Position numbers and translations under genes: made by a program
Notes under the pieces: model-generated
The model's input: the letters and a program-made list of their open reading frames with translations, nothing else
Databases searched by the model: none
What the model was told of the DNA's origin: nothing
In this document: positions 1-13,100 of the stretch, piece after piece
How the letters are laid out: the number at the start of each line of letters is the position of its first letter
How positions within the stretch are numbered: position 1 is the first letter of the stretch
From: Hydrolagus colliei
Lineage: Eukaryota
Length of the DNA stretch: 64,000 bases
Assembly: GCA_035084275.1 (NCBI GenBank)
Contig: CM068761.1
Location: forward strand, 9,114,001-9,178,000
Direction: 5' to 3'

Positions 1-1041
1 TCCCACAAATAGTCATGGAAGTGGGTCCCACAAATAGTCATCAGGGTGAAAAGGGGGAAAAGATGGCAAGGGGAGGGGTAGGGGGAAGGAGAGCAATAAA
101 ACCCACTACATTTGTGTGCGAAAAACGGCCGCCAAATTACGCACAGCAGTGTCTCACAATCAATCGCGGAAGCGTGGCCAGGGGAGAAAAGGGGAAAGAG
201 GGCAAGGGGGGAGAGGGAGGGAAAGGCGGGATGGGGCAAAGTCAGGGAGGAAGAGGGGTGATAAAGGCGGGTAAGGAAGAGAGAGAGGGAAAGGTGGGTG
301 AGGGGCAAGATCGGGGAGAAAGGGCTTTCTATTGGATTCTCGCTTGTTTGGTATTTGGGCAACTTCTTGCAGCTCTGCTGTGGAGGGTTTGCTGTATTGG
401 ATGCACATTGTTTTATTTGACATTTAATGAAAGATGTCAATATCAACAGTTAGCATAATTGCACAGGCGGCTAAATAGTGGCCAGAATAGAACTCTGAGG
501 TGTATTTTACCTTCATGAACTTCAGGATATAGTTCCCAATGATTCAGCGACTTGAATGAAGCCCAATGTTTTCTTTGGCCTGAGATTAAAAAAGAAATCT
601 GAATTAAATGAGATAAATATTTGGGGTGGACAGGTTTGCAGGGCTATGGGGAGAGCGCGGGGGAGATTTGTAGAGCTCCAAATAGACCATGTAAATGTTC
701 TGCTGTGCTGAAAAATTCTATGGTTGAAGTTATTAACTGAGTTAAGAGTTTTCTTTTAGGAAATTACATTATGAAACATAGTAATAAGTTGTTTGGGACA
801 TATGTGCTTGCAACCGCCAGGACATTGGATGGTCCTTCTGACATGAAAAGTGTGTAATTTTGCTGCTGTTCTTGTCTTTTTTATTTCTAGCGATTCTTAT
901 GTTCTTAACTTGAGAGTCTTTAGAAAAATACTTCAGAGAAAAAGGGATTCTTAACCACATTGTGGTGGTTGGGGATGGTGGGGTGATCAGTGGACAGTAA
1001 ATACCCGGCTGTGTAAAATTTCCTTTTTTATTCTATTTCAG

Positions 1042-1127
1042 AATTTGCTGAAGAAACAGATTGAGACCAGGACAGCTGATGGACGGAGAAGAATCACTCC
1101 CTTTTGCATCGCTCAGTTAGATACAGG
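1042..1127 (+). CDS. HIRA: HIRA exon containing the ASF1-binding B-domain (NLLKKQIETRTADGRRRITPFCIAQLDTG)
   Basis: ttcag acceptor, gtaagg donor, 86 bp. Confidence 0.96.
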
Positions 1128-4100
1128 GTAAGGAGGTAATTTCAGTTTCCTATGGGAAAAGATCTTAGAATGCGTTTAGCATCTATTTGGAAAAATAGAT
1201 CGGAACAATTATGTAACAAGACAATCACAAATTTCTGCATCACAAAGTTTTAATCTGACAGATCATGGCTTCACTGGGTCTCAGGCCACTCAAATGGTAA
1301 CATAAGCATTTGCTGGCAAAGAAAGAACATAGTTCATCTAGTTCGCCTTCCACCATCCTGGCAGTCGCTTGAGATGTCATGTCTGAAACTCTTAATTTGT
1401 TTTTGAAACAAACAACATTTTCTGCTTCCACTATCTCCCTGAGTCGCCTGTTCCATAGGCTTACTACTTGCTCACTGAAATATTTCTTTTTAACATTTGG
1501 TCTGTTTCACATTCAATACAAATCTAGGAATGTGTGTAAGATGATGGAGTCTTTTGACTCCTAGCTTCAAATAGTGTTTGAGCCATACCTATCCATGGTT
1601 TGGCTAAGTTTGTGATGCAAAGCAAGTGTTGTGTTGTAAAGAGCACAGGCGAAAAATGCAATGGATTAAGCTGGTGGGAAAAAAAATTCACAGTTTTTTA
1701 TTTGGTCAGCTGGGTATCTGACACCAGCACCAGCCTGCAATGAAATGTGTACTCTCCTTGGAGCAATAATAATAATAATCCTTGCATTTGATGTAGTACC
1801 TTATCACGTCTTCAAGATGTCTCAAAGCGCTTCACAGAGTATACTGTATAATAGTCAAGTGAATTGACTATATTGTGTGGGCGAAATGCAGCAGTCAATG
1901 TGGCAGTTTGTGGACTCTGCACACAGCAGAGTCCACAAACAGTCATGGATTGAGTGACCAAACTCTTGAAAATAAATTGATGGAATTATTACCCCCTGGA
2001 AATGCGATCCAACAACTGACTAACTACTTATTACTACTTGCCTAACGTTTTGCTCTCATAACTATTCTGGTTAACTAAAAGTGGAACACATTAAACCAGG
2101 TTGGTGAGATTGTCAAATGTAGCGGCTGTGTATTTGTAGGTGAACGTGGCAGGCAATTTGCGCACAACATTATCTTAAAAGAACACCCATGCTTGTGAAA
2201 TGAATGACTAATTTTGTTTGGGGGATTGTTGGTGAGGATATTGGAAAAAAACTTGTTTTCAAGAAATGCTGCAGGATCCCAAAGGTCCACCTGAACAGGC
2301 AGACTGGACCTCGGTTTAACTTCATAGTTAGAGGTGCCATACTTCGGCACCTTTAACTACAAAGTGCTCCCCCAACACTAGTTTGGAGTATCGGCCAAGA
2401 CTGTGAGTTCAAAGTCCTGATGTTACAACCGAGCCAAACTTACCCTTTAAAACAAGTGAAAATAATGGAAGGAATTGACAGGCTAGATGATGGACAACTA
2501 CTCTTCCCTTTGGTAGAGGGATCCATTCAAAAAGGGTATAACCTTAAAATCATGACCAAGCCAGTCAGGCTTTATCTCAGGAAGCCTTTCTTCACAAAGA
2601 GGGTTGTGAACGTGATACTTACGTAGTAGATTATGGTGAAAGAGTGGGGCATTGGGATTAACAACAGCAACAACAAAATTATATTTGTACAGCGCCTTCC
2701 ACATTGGGAGGACTTCCCAAGGTGCTGGACAGTCAACTGTTTTGGACCCAGGCAGGGTGGGAGGAGTAGTGCAGGGAAAGGGTAGTGGTCACAGAGAGTC
2801 TTGAGATGTGGCTTGAAGGAGGCAAGGGAGGGAGCGAGGTGAAGGGAATGTGGGATGGAGTTCCAAAGGGTGGAGGTGGAGAGGCTGAACGTCCGACTAG
2901 AGATACCACTGTATCACTGATCTCACTCATGCATTGTCCCTTATCCTGTGGGCAAATGACTTGCAGCTGCTCCAGTGAATGGCAGACTGGAGTTGCACAG
3001 GGACCAAACTATAAACCAAATCAAAGTGACAAAAAGGATGGCAGAAAACTGGAATGAAAAATGATTAGCTGATGGCAAGATTTTGTCTTTTAACTCTTCT
3101 ACAATAGAAATGAGTGGATCTACAACAACAACAAAATTACCTTTGCGTAGTGCCTTTCAGGTTGGGAGGATATTCCAGAATGCTGGACAGTCATTGTTTT
3201 GGACCTGAGCTGGGGGTTGGGATCAGGGAGGGTGGGGAGCAGTGGGGATGGAGGGTGACCATAGGCACAGTTGAAGTGCAGGGATTTGTGACGTGTCTAG
3301 AAGGAGGCAAGGGAAGTAATGAAACGGAGGGACTGCAGAATGGAGTTCCAGATGGTGGGGGCAGATTAGCAGAAGATAGGGTGGGCGAGGAAGGGAAAGC
3401 AGGCTGGAGCCTGCTGAGAGGAGCGGATGAGCAGGTTGGTAGGCGTTAAAAGTTTGCAGAGATAGGTGGAGAGCAAGGCCATGGAGGGTTTGAAGGTGAG
3501 GACCAGGATCTTCAACTATATCCTCTGTGTGATGGGAAGCTAGTTGAGTTTGGCGAGGATGGGGGCGATGGGAACATGGAGCCTACCGGGGGCTGAGAGG
3601 CCCGTTTATTTTATTATGAAACCGAGGCTGTGGAGTTCTGCATGATCTGCAGCCTATGGAGGGAAGAATTGGGGAGGCCAACAAGTAGTTAGTTTGTGTA
3701 GTTGAGCCTGGATGTTATGAATGCATGTATGAGGGTTTCGACAGCCTGAGGTATGAGACAATTGCAGAACCGGGCGAGGAGGTGATGGAAGGCAGAGTGG
3801 GTAATGGCACAGATGTGGAGTAGAAAGGATAGTCCAGGGTCAAAGCTCTCGACTAGCTTAGTAAGGTGGAGTGTGCATCCTTCGATGGTGATGCTGTCAG
3901 TACCTAAGTTGTGGAGGCAGTGATGGGAGCCAATCAAGAGAGCCTTGGTCTTGTTAACATTCAGTTTTAGAAAGTTGAACGTCACAAATCATAGACTTTT
4001 TTTTGTTCACAAATTGATTAAGCCAACTTCACCAAACAAGCATTCTAGTCTCTGAGATATTTAAACATTTAATATTGTGTGCATTTTCCTGGACCATTGA

Positions 4101-7100
4101 AACAGTCAGATCCCAAATCCCCTCTAAACAATAATTGCAAGATCATTCTTCAAACTGTTTTCTGAGCCTTTAGTCTGCTGAAGAATTAACCCTAAAGGGT
4201 TAATTGCATGTACTCCATATCACATTTTTACTTTAAAAAAAATATATTTTATGTGAAGTTTGTGGTTATTAAGCTCTCGAATGTCAGGGTTCGGAAATGG
4301 TTCATTTCAACCTGATAGGTTAGGGACAGAAGAAACCCTCCTTTACATTATCTCAATAATGTTACTGAACATCTATTGGATTAGTGATATTTCCTTTACC
4401 TACAATGGGAATCCTTGAAGTTTCGTATTGACAGTAAGAAGAGTAGTATGTCCCCTGTTGTCTCCTCTCTGGGGCAGATTTTTATGCATTAATCTTCTTT
4501 ATGTGTAGTTGAATTTACTCTCTTGCAATGAGATGCTTCTGAGTTGACTAAAGGACAATTAAGTTGAGCAAATTAGGATCTTTTATTTCTCTATAATTAT
4601 CAGTTTTGTTGGCGGATCTGCTTTGAGGACTTTCTCAATGATTCCCTATTCTGCTACCTCACTAAGTCCATGGCAACCCCTCCCTCATCTCGTTAATGAC
4701 TATGTGTCATACATACTGTGGTTGGGAAGGACGCTCAATTGACATATTATTTCCCTTCTGTCACCTTTACATTTGGTCTCTATATTTGTCTCCAATTCTG
4801 TTTTGCCTTGCGATTGAAATAGTATGTAAATACAAAATCACATTTACACAACATCTTTCAAGTTGGGAGGACGTCCCTAGGCCCTGGGCAATCAGGGATT
4901 TGGGCCTACAAGGGGTAAGGGGTAGCGGGTTGGTAGTTGATCAGGGAGGGTAGCGGGTTGGCCTAAGGCATGATCGAAGAGTAGGTCTTGAGACATGCCT
5001 TACAGGAGGTAAGGGAGGGAGTGAGGTGAAAGAATTGTGGAATAGAGTTCTAAACGGTGGGGGCAGAGAGGTTAAAGGCCCAACAACCGATAGTGGGTCA
5101 GGCTTGATGGGGGACGTGGAGCAGGCCGGAGCCTGCTGAGAGGAAGATGCAGACAGGTTGATATGATCACTGTGAAACCGAACCATACAGAGAGTGGGAG
5201 GTCCCTGGGTTGATTCTAAGGCTATGCTGAGTTAGCTATTGTCGGCTAGATTCATGGATTGGAATGCTGCATTTGGCTTCAGTGTCCCACGCTTGTGTAG
5301 TTGGGGGCGGAAATCAATCAGCCAGACAATGAACACTGAAACAGCAGGACAAGCTGGGCTGTGGTGCCCTCTGATGGTTAAGAGTTATTATGTTAGCCTA
5401 CACTTAGAACAATGGTCAATTTGGGGAAGTCCAAAGACAACCCTGAGACTTGTGGAATCATACCAGAAATCCAAGTACAGTACCCTCAGTAGAGGGAAGC
5501 AAAAATTGGACTGGATATGGGGAGAAATCGAAACAAAATCGAAGACTAAGTAGTCACAAATGTTGCAAATACAAATGTTTCCTGACTTATTGTGCAGGAA
5601 ATTGATGGGATTTTGCACCCTCAGAGTCTCAGTTTAACAAGTAGCCTGTGTGACTTTGAGGAGCATTAATGTTTGTGGCAGTAAAGTGTCTGCAAATTAA
5701 GCTTAATTCAGAGGGAGAAACAAATGCAATAATGGCTTTAACATCTGGTATCTGTAAGCAGAATGAGTCTCAGAGAACTCTACCAGAAACGGCCTTTGGA
5801 TTAGCCAGCTAAATTTATCTAATGCTTTCACCTGAATAGTCTGGAATGCAATATTTTAATTGCTGTAAGTGACCATGCAAGTGAATGAAAAATTTCTCTC
5901 ACGAGCTGAATCTGTTTTTTTTATTAGGGATTTTTCGACCGCTTTTTTTAATAGCGTACCTATCACAGGCGCACTTCCCGGCTCAGGGCTACCCTCACAG
6001 ATCAGCCAGTCGCAGACCACCTCAGACTCCAACGCTGCCAAATCCGTCTCTGCCAAACTAACTCAGGACCCTGCACCAGCCACCGCAAAGCCAGCCGAGG
6101 ACACACCCAACAAAGACGGGTAAGGTGCACAAAACTGAGTGTTAGGATAGTGAGTTATGGATACTTGGATAACAAACTCTGTTCTCAGTCGTTGCTGGTT
6201 ATGGTGCTCAGGGTAGTTGTTCAATAAGTTCAGACACAGGGCAAAACTTAATTGGTGAATCATTAATAATAATCCTTGCATTTGCTATAGCACCTTATCA
6301 CATCTTCTAGATATCTGTAAACGCTTCATAGAATATACTGTAAAGTGAATTTACTGTATTTTTTGTGGCCAAAATGCGGCAGCCAATTGCACACAGCAGT
6401 GTCCCACAGACAGTTGTGGATTGAGTGACCAAATTGTTTCAAACAAAAAATATTTTAAAGGAAATATGACCCCCTCTCCCCGCCCCCCCCCTCCCCCCCT
6501 CCCCAGGTGATCCGCCAATCGACTAACAACCGGGTTCCTACTTATTGCTAGGTAACCAGCATGTAGGGTAAGGAAACTTGCCCGATGTTTCGCCCTGCCG
6601 GGAATCAAACCCAGATCCTCTTTTTTGCAGGGTAGTGATCTAACCACTCAGCTACAGGACTCCAAATAAGTTTTGATACATTTTCAATGTTTAATATAAG
6701 CTTGAATTGATTATTGTATAGTAAGGTCAGAGGAGACAAAAATATAACTCTTCCCCTCCCCCATTAACAAAGTAAGTTGCAGGAAGTGACATTCAGCTGG
6801 ATGGTTTGTCAGACTGAAATTATTGCTAGAGCAACAGCACCACTGCCTGGCTGAAAATTGGACTAGAGTAACCACTTTGGGATGAACAAAATGAAAGTGA
6901 GTAATCATCTTAAAAGAGGGGGAGGGGATCCAGGTGGTTCAATGTGCAGTCCACAGCTGCTTCAACCTCTTGGGACCTTGCTTTGCATCAGACCCAGATT
7001 ATTGGCATGCAAATCTCATTTCTATATAGATCTCTATCAGAAATGTATTTGGAGAATCTAAATAAACAATAAAGTTGCACCAAAGTGACAACAAAATTGG

Positions 7101-10100
7101 TTGTCAAAATACCAGCTCTTGTCAAAACTGGAAAATGACACACTGTTGCTTCGCTGAGTTAAAAAATAATTTTAATCCTTGCTTTTGATATAGCACCTTT
7201 CACAAGAGAATGTCTCACAGAGCTTCACAGGATATACATTACTGTAAAGTGTATTGCCTTCGTATATTGTAGGTGAACGTGGCAAATTTGCACTCAGCAA
7301 TATCCTGCAAACTGCCATGAAGTGAATGACCAATTTTATTTAGGGGATTGCTGTCCAGGACACTGAGAAAAATTCCCTTCTCTTTTTAACTAGTACTATG
7401 GGATATTTGCCCTTCACCTAACCAGGCCAGTGGACCCTAGTTTAAATTCATTGTAACGGGGCATTAGATGGAAAATTAAACAGTGGAATGCTGTACAATA
7501 CCTGAGCTGATTGTAACTAAAATCAGAAGGTGTTCTATTTCCCTGCATCTATATTCTTCACCTTGAGCACAAAATACAGAGGGTTACAAACAATCTAAAG
7601 AAAATAATGAGTCTTTATTATTATTATTCCAGATTGTGTGGGCGTCCTAAAGCGCTGCAGAGGATTTACTGTGAAATGGAGTGACCTTATGTAGGCAAAC
7701 ACAGCAGCAATATGTTCACATCAATGTAAATTCAATATTGTAGTACCATATGTTGCTGAAATATATTTTGTATGCGTTTTGCCCAATTCACTTTACAGTA
7801 TATTCTGTGAAGCACCTTGAGACATCTTAAAAATGTGATAAGCCCCTGTATCAAATGTAAGGATTATTATATAAAATTTAGGCTTGTTCTGAAACTGGTC
7901 CATAAATTACAAAGCAGCAGAAGGTCATTAACCTCCTCCAGTTGAGAGAGAACCAGGCAACAGATTGAGCTGTTTGTGTATTTGCGGTGCCACAGCACCA
8001 TCTAATGGAAGAAAAACAACATTGCCTCAATTTGTAATAAAAATCTATGTCTTTGATACAGCGCTTTACATCATCCAAAGTGCTTCACAGAATGTTACTG
8101 ACTGTGTACTGATTGTGTACCTATAGGCGAATATGGCAATTTTATCTGGGAGATTATTGGAAAGGACATTGGGAGGAACTTCTCTTTATGGTGAGAACCA
8201 TGGGAAGTTTAACATTAAGATGAACAGGAAAGTGGAGCCTCAACGATAACAAAATTAACAACAAAATTACGTGTATAGAGCGTCTTTCACGTCGGGAGGA
8301 CATCCCAAGGTACCTCAGTTTAACATCTCATCTGAAGATTGCCACTTCCAATAATGCAGTCCAGCACTGCATTGGAGTGCCTAGCCAACACCATACATTC
8401 TAAGCCCTGACACGGGATAGAAGCCTTCTGATCTGCAGGCAAGACAGCTACCCAACTGAGCCAGGCTGACACCTGTTTGAATTTAACTTTGTTTGAACTA
8501 AGTTTTTACTTTGATTCCAAAGTGAAAGACCAGTGATGTATTCAGGACCCTTTAATAAGTTACAGAGGACGTGAAATCCCTGTATGTTAACATCATGTAC
8601 TGTTGAATTATGTCCTTTATCAATGAGCAATCAAATCGCTGGACACTTCCGCATTGCTATTCTCGGGGCACATTGTGCAATGAGAGTGTGTTTCAAATAA
8701 TGATCGAACAATCCAGCTGAATATTATACCACAAAACATAAAAGTCCTTTAGGTCTTTTTTAAGACATTTATTATACTTGGCGATGATAAGCTTCCTATT
8801 TTGGGCAATGAAATACAGTTGCAATAGGATCAGATATTTCACTAACCCTTTAATCGCACAGTGAAATGATGTAACATTACCCTCAAAGCATGTGTGAAAT
8901 ATTCTGAAACTCGAGTCCAGCTGTATGTAATAGGAACAAGAAGAGACCCTTGATCTGACTAACTCCCTGTCATCCAGCTTGAATTCTAACTCTCAATCGC
9001 ATGCTCACTTAGAAAACATTAAACCTGTATCCCTTTAGTTTATTGAATAGAATTGTTTGTTTAGAAAACAATTGTTTCATTTGAGAATTAGTGAATCACG
9101 CTAGGTGGCAGTCTTGGCCACTTTGCTGACAATTCTGAGCAGGTGGTATCCTTGTTCTGTATTCTATGACAGTTTATTTTGGGCAAACACCACTCCACGT
9201 AGACATTATTAATAATCCCACACCATTTTGATGTTCAGTTTTTCCTTTCCCCTTGAGAGCAACTTTACTTTCCAAACAAAAAAATGACATGTATTATATG
9301 GAGCATGTTTCATGTCAGGAGGATGTCCCAAGGCGCTGAATAGTCAGGGATCGGGACCCTTTTATGGGGGAGGGGCAGTGTAGCGGGGAGGGAGGGAGGG
9401 AGGGAAGGAGGGAGGGCAGCAGAAGGCTCGTTGGTAGGGAGTCATGAGGTCGGAGAGATAGGAGGGGTAAGGCCATGGAGGGCTTGAAAGTGAGGATGAG
9501 GATCTTGAATTCGATCCTCTGGGGGTTGGGGAGTCAATGGAGCCAGGTAAGGGTGGGAGTGATGGGGTTGTGGAGCTTAGTGCGGGAGAGGACATGAGCT
9601 ACAGAATTTTTAATGATCTGCAGCATGTGAAGGGAAGAGTCGGGAAGACCGACAAGGAAGGAGTTTCCGTAGTCAAGTGTTGATGTCACAAATACATGGG
9701 TGAGGGGCCTATTTCGTAGATGCACGATCTAAAATACATAATCATTGCTTCTCTTTCCCGTAAACTCATCAGTGTTGTGATCTTTCATTTAAATATGGTA
9801 AATCACAGATACAGTGTGATCATTATTGCTCTATGGAGCATCAGCATCACTTCACATTCTATGAATCTGCTTGTCGATTCTCTACTTTATTTTTATTTGC
9901 AAGTGATGCATTGAAGTATTCAGTGATTCCCAGGATGGTGTTGATGATCAGTTATCCAGTTGCAGGTGAAGAGCACAATTTGATTAATTGAGCACAATTA
10001 ATCAAATTCCTTACCTGACTGAAGCAGAGATGCAGCTGATGCCTTTCATAACAATTCTGAAGAATACTTTTGATTATGTGATGCCTGTTCAATATCAGGA

Positions 10101-13100
10101 ATACTATAGGGAGTGTGAGACAGCTGAATATTATCAGGAATACTATAGATAGTGAGAGCTGCCTTTGCATACTGTCTTGTCTTTGATTTTCAGGTCTGCA
10201 GCCATCAGTGTATCCAGTGCTGTCCCCACAAACACTCCATTGTTAACCTCCCCTTCACGGATTGAGCCAATGAAAGCACTTGACTCAAGGTTCACTGAAA
10301 GATCCAAATCAACTCCAGGAACAGCTCCCATCTCAGCTGCTGTCAGGCAGAGTGACCTGGACAGGTACGGGTTGGGGAGTGGCTAGATGTCGACAAGGGG
10401 TGGAAATTAATGTTTTCTGAGACGTATTGCTCTTCATGTCCTTGTGTGTCCTACAGGTATTATTCCGTGTAACTTGAGTCGGCAGTAAATTGTGTTGCTA
10501 CATTGGTCTGTGGAGCTTTTGAAGAGAGTGGGTGAGAAAGGGTTGGTCAGCAGTTATGACTGTGAATTCAGGTGAATCTCCCCTTTTCTAGGAGTAAAGA
10601 GCAGGGACCCTCCAAAGACTTGAAGCTTAAAGAGGTTCAGGAGAGTAGCAGCGACAGTGAAGAGAAAATCCAGGCTTCCAAAATCTCAGCATTGTCCAAA
10701 CGCAAGAGTGAAACCGATGGGGAGGTTGTAGAAAAAAAGAAGAAAGGCCGTCCGAGGAAAGAATCCAAGCATACACTCACAGCCATTGCAACTCAGGTAA
10801 TGCTCACGACTGCTCTAGCACTCAGACCTTAACTGCTTGGAAACTCAGTAAGTAAACTTAAGAGTTTAACACCAGAGCCCTAAGGATCAGCAGAGTTCCA
10901 GGTTTAGCCTTTGAGCTGGCCTGAATTATCTTATGTTGCTGTGGGATGACTATACTTGGTCTCTTGTTTCCTGGACTATGGATAGAATCAAACAGGCCTA
11001 ATGGCACTTCAGTGACCCTGGCTGGTATGTGTGAGCATCGTATGAGGTCAAGTTTAGGCCCATTGTGATTCAGTGTTTGGCAGCAAAATGTTTTGTTCTT
11101 AGCCCCAACCAGTATCTCTCCCCTCCTTCAGCAGATATTCACTGGAGAGAATTCTATGCTAATTCCTGCCAAGTCAGCCATAATAAATACACTAAAACTC
11201 ACATAGGCATCGTCAATCGGGACCATGACATTTAATATGACTTACACAAAGTATGAAGTGCCCATGTGGTGTCCGAGCCATTTCTTGAGATTCAATGCAT
11301 CTTGACCTGTTGCACATGTGCACTTACCGGCTATATTGAGTTACCCGTGCGTACTGTAGAACCCACAACCTTTCACTTGGGGTGGGGGAGGTGGAGTAGG
11401 GGGTGAGAGTGCTAATGCTGAGTCAGGATGACACACAAATTAAACCCAGTAAACATGACTGAATTAGGTTATGGTGGTGTTAGCGATTTGGCTTATACTC
11501 TGTGCTACCATTACAGGCGGCTCCAACGACAGAGAAGGAGGCTCTACGTGTCTCGGCACCCCCGATCGTCTTCAAACTCCCAACACCAACGCCAAAGAAA
11601 GCATTTAACATGCAGGTGAGTGACGACATCAGCAGAGCGAATGGTTGCTCAAGGCCTAACTTATAATTCATTGAACGATTAAAAAAATCTCTAGTTATTC
11701 ATCGCTAAAAAGAGACATTATTTTGAAAATAATTACCTTAATGTTAAAATTTAATTTTGTTAATCTGAAGGCTAAAATAAACCAGCATGGTTGTGGGTTT
11801 CTCTCCCGCTCCAGTGTGTGAATGAGGAGCTCAGGGTATCTGAGTACTAATTCCCCTTCTTGCTTTCAGGTGAGTTCTGATCCAGCTATGTACATAGAAG
11901 TGGAGAATGAGCTCTCTGCAGTCGCTGGGTGCAAACTGAGCCGGTTAAAGTGCATGAGGGAAGGAAAAGAATGGGACACACTACTAACCAGTCGAATCCT
12001 CACTGCTGCAGGGAGCTGGTAAGTGTGCGCTTTGAACCAGACTGACAGTGGTGCTTGTGAGGAACCCTTCATCCAGATCTAGCTGAGACTGCCTGTATAA
12101 TAATAATAATCCTTGCATTTAATAATAATCCTTGCACTATGGAAACTCACTCCTCGTCGGCCTTCCCAGCTCTTCTCTTCATAAACTGCAGATCATCCAA
12201 ATCTCTGCAGCTGGTGTCCTCTTCTGCACCAGGCTCCGCGATCCCATCACTTCCATCCTCGCCCGGCTCCATTGGCTTCCCATCCCTCAGAGGATCGAAT
12301 TCAAGATCCTCATCCTCACTTTCAAGGCCATCCATGGCCTTGCCCCTTCCTACCTCTTTGACCTGCTGACTCCCTACCAACGTGCCCGACCCCTCCGTTC
12401 AGCAGACTCTATTCTATTCCATGTCTCCCGTCCGACCCGCCCTGCCATCGGTGGACGGGCTTTTAGAATCTCCTCACCACACTCTGGAACTCCATCCCAC
12501 AGTCCCTTTGCCTCACTTCCTCCCTTGCCTCCTTCAAGCCCGGTCTCAATACCCTCCTTTTTGATTGTGCCTTCTGCCGCCCTCCCACCTCTTTCCCTCC
12601 CCTTCCCTGTCCATTGCCCATGCTGGGGTCCCAATCCCTGACTGTTCAGTGCCTTGGAATGTCTTCCCGACGGGAAAGGCGCTCTATAGATGTAATTTTG
12701 TCATTGTTGTTGCATTTGATATAGCGCTTTATCATGTCATTGAGACATCTCAAAGCGCTTCACAGGATATACTGTAAAGTGAATTGACTATATATTCTAT
12801 GGGCGAAGTGTAACCCGTGGAGTCTTGTCACGTGGCTGTTTTACTACTGAATTTCTCTACTTTATGGGGAAAGAAAGCAGAAGTAGTTTCCTATTACTGG
12901 TTCTCTTTAAAGTATTGAAGTGTTTTGTTAGAAATGCACACCCAGTCAGGTTAATTTGTACCCCTCCATTTTTTTACAAAAGTCATGAAGGGAACACATA
13001 TATTTCTATCTATGTTTATTGGTTGTTTATTAGTTCAAACTGTTTAATGGGTGGAACATATTATCTTAGGCAATATGTGTAAATATATCTTTGTACCCCT

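Noticed and set aside
15-458. 147-aa Gly/Lys/Glu-rich ORF
   Set aside because: Purine-rich low-complexity intronic sequence of HIRA with no domain signature.
4184-4199. T3 promoter or vector contamination
   Set aside because: Lacks the CACT core of AATTAACCCTCACTAAAGGG and has no adjacent vector sequence.
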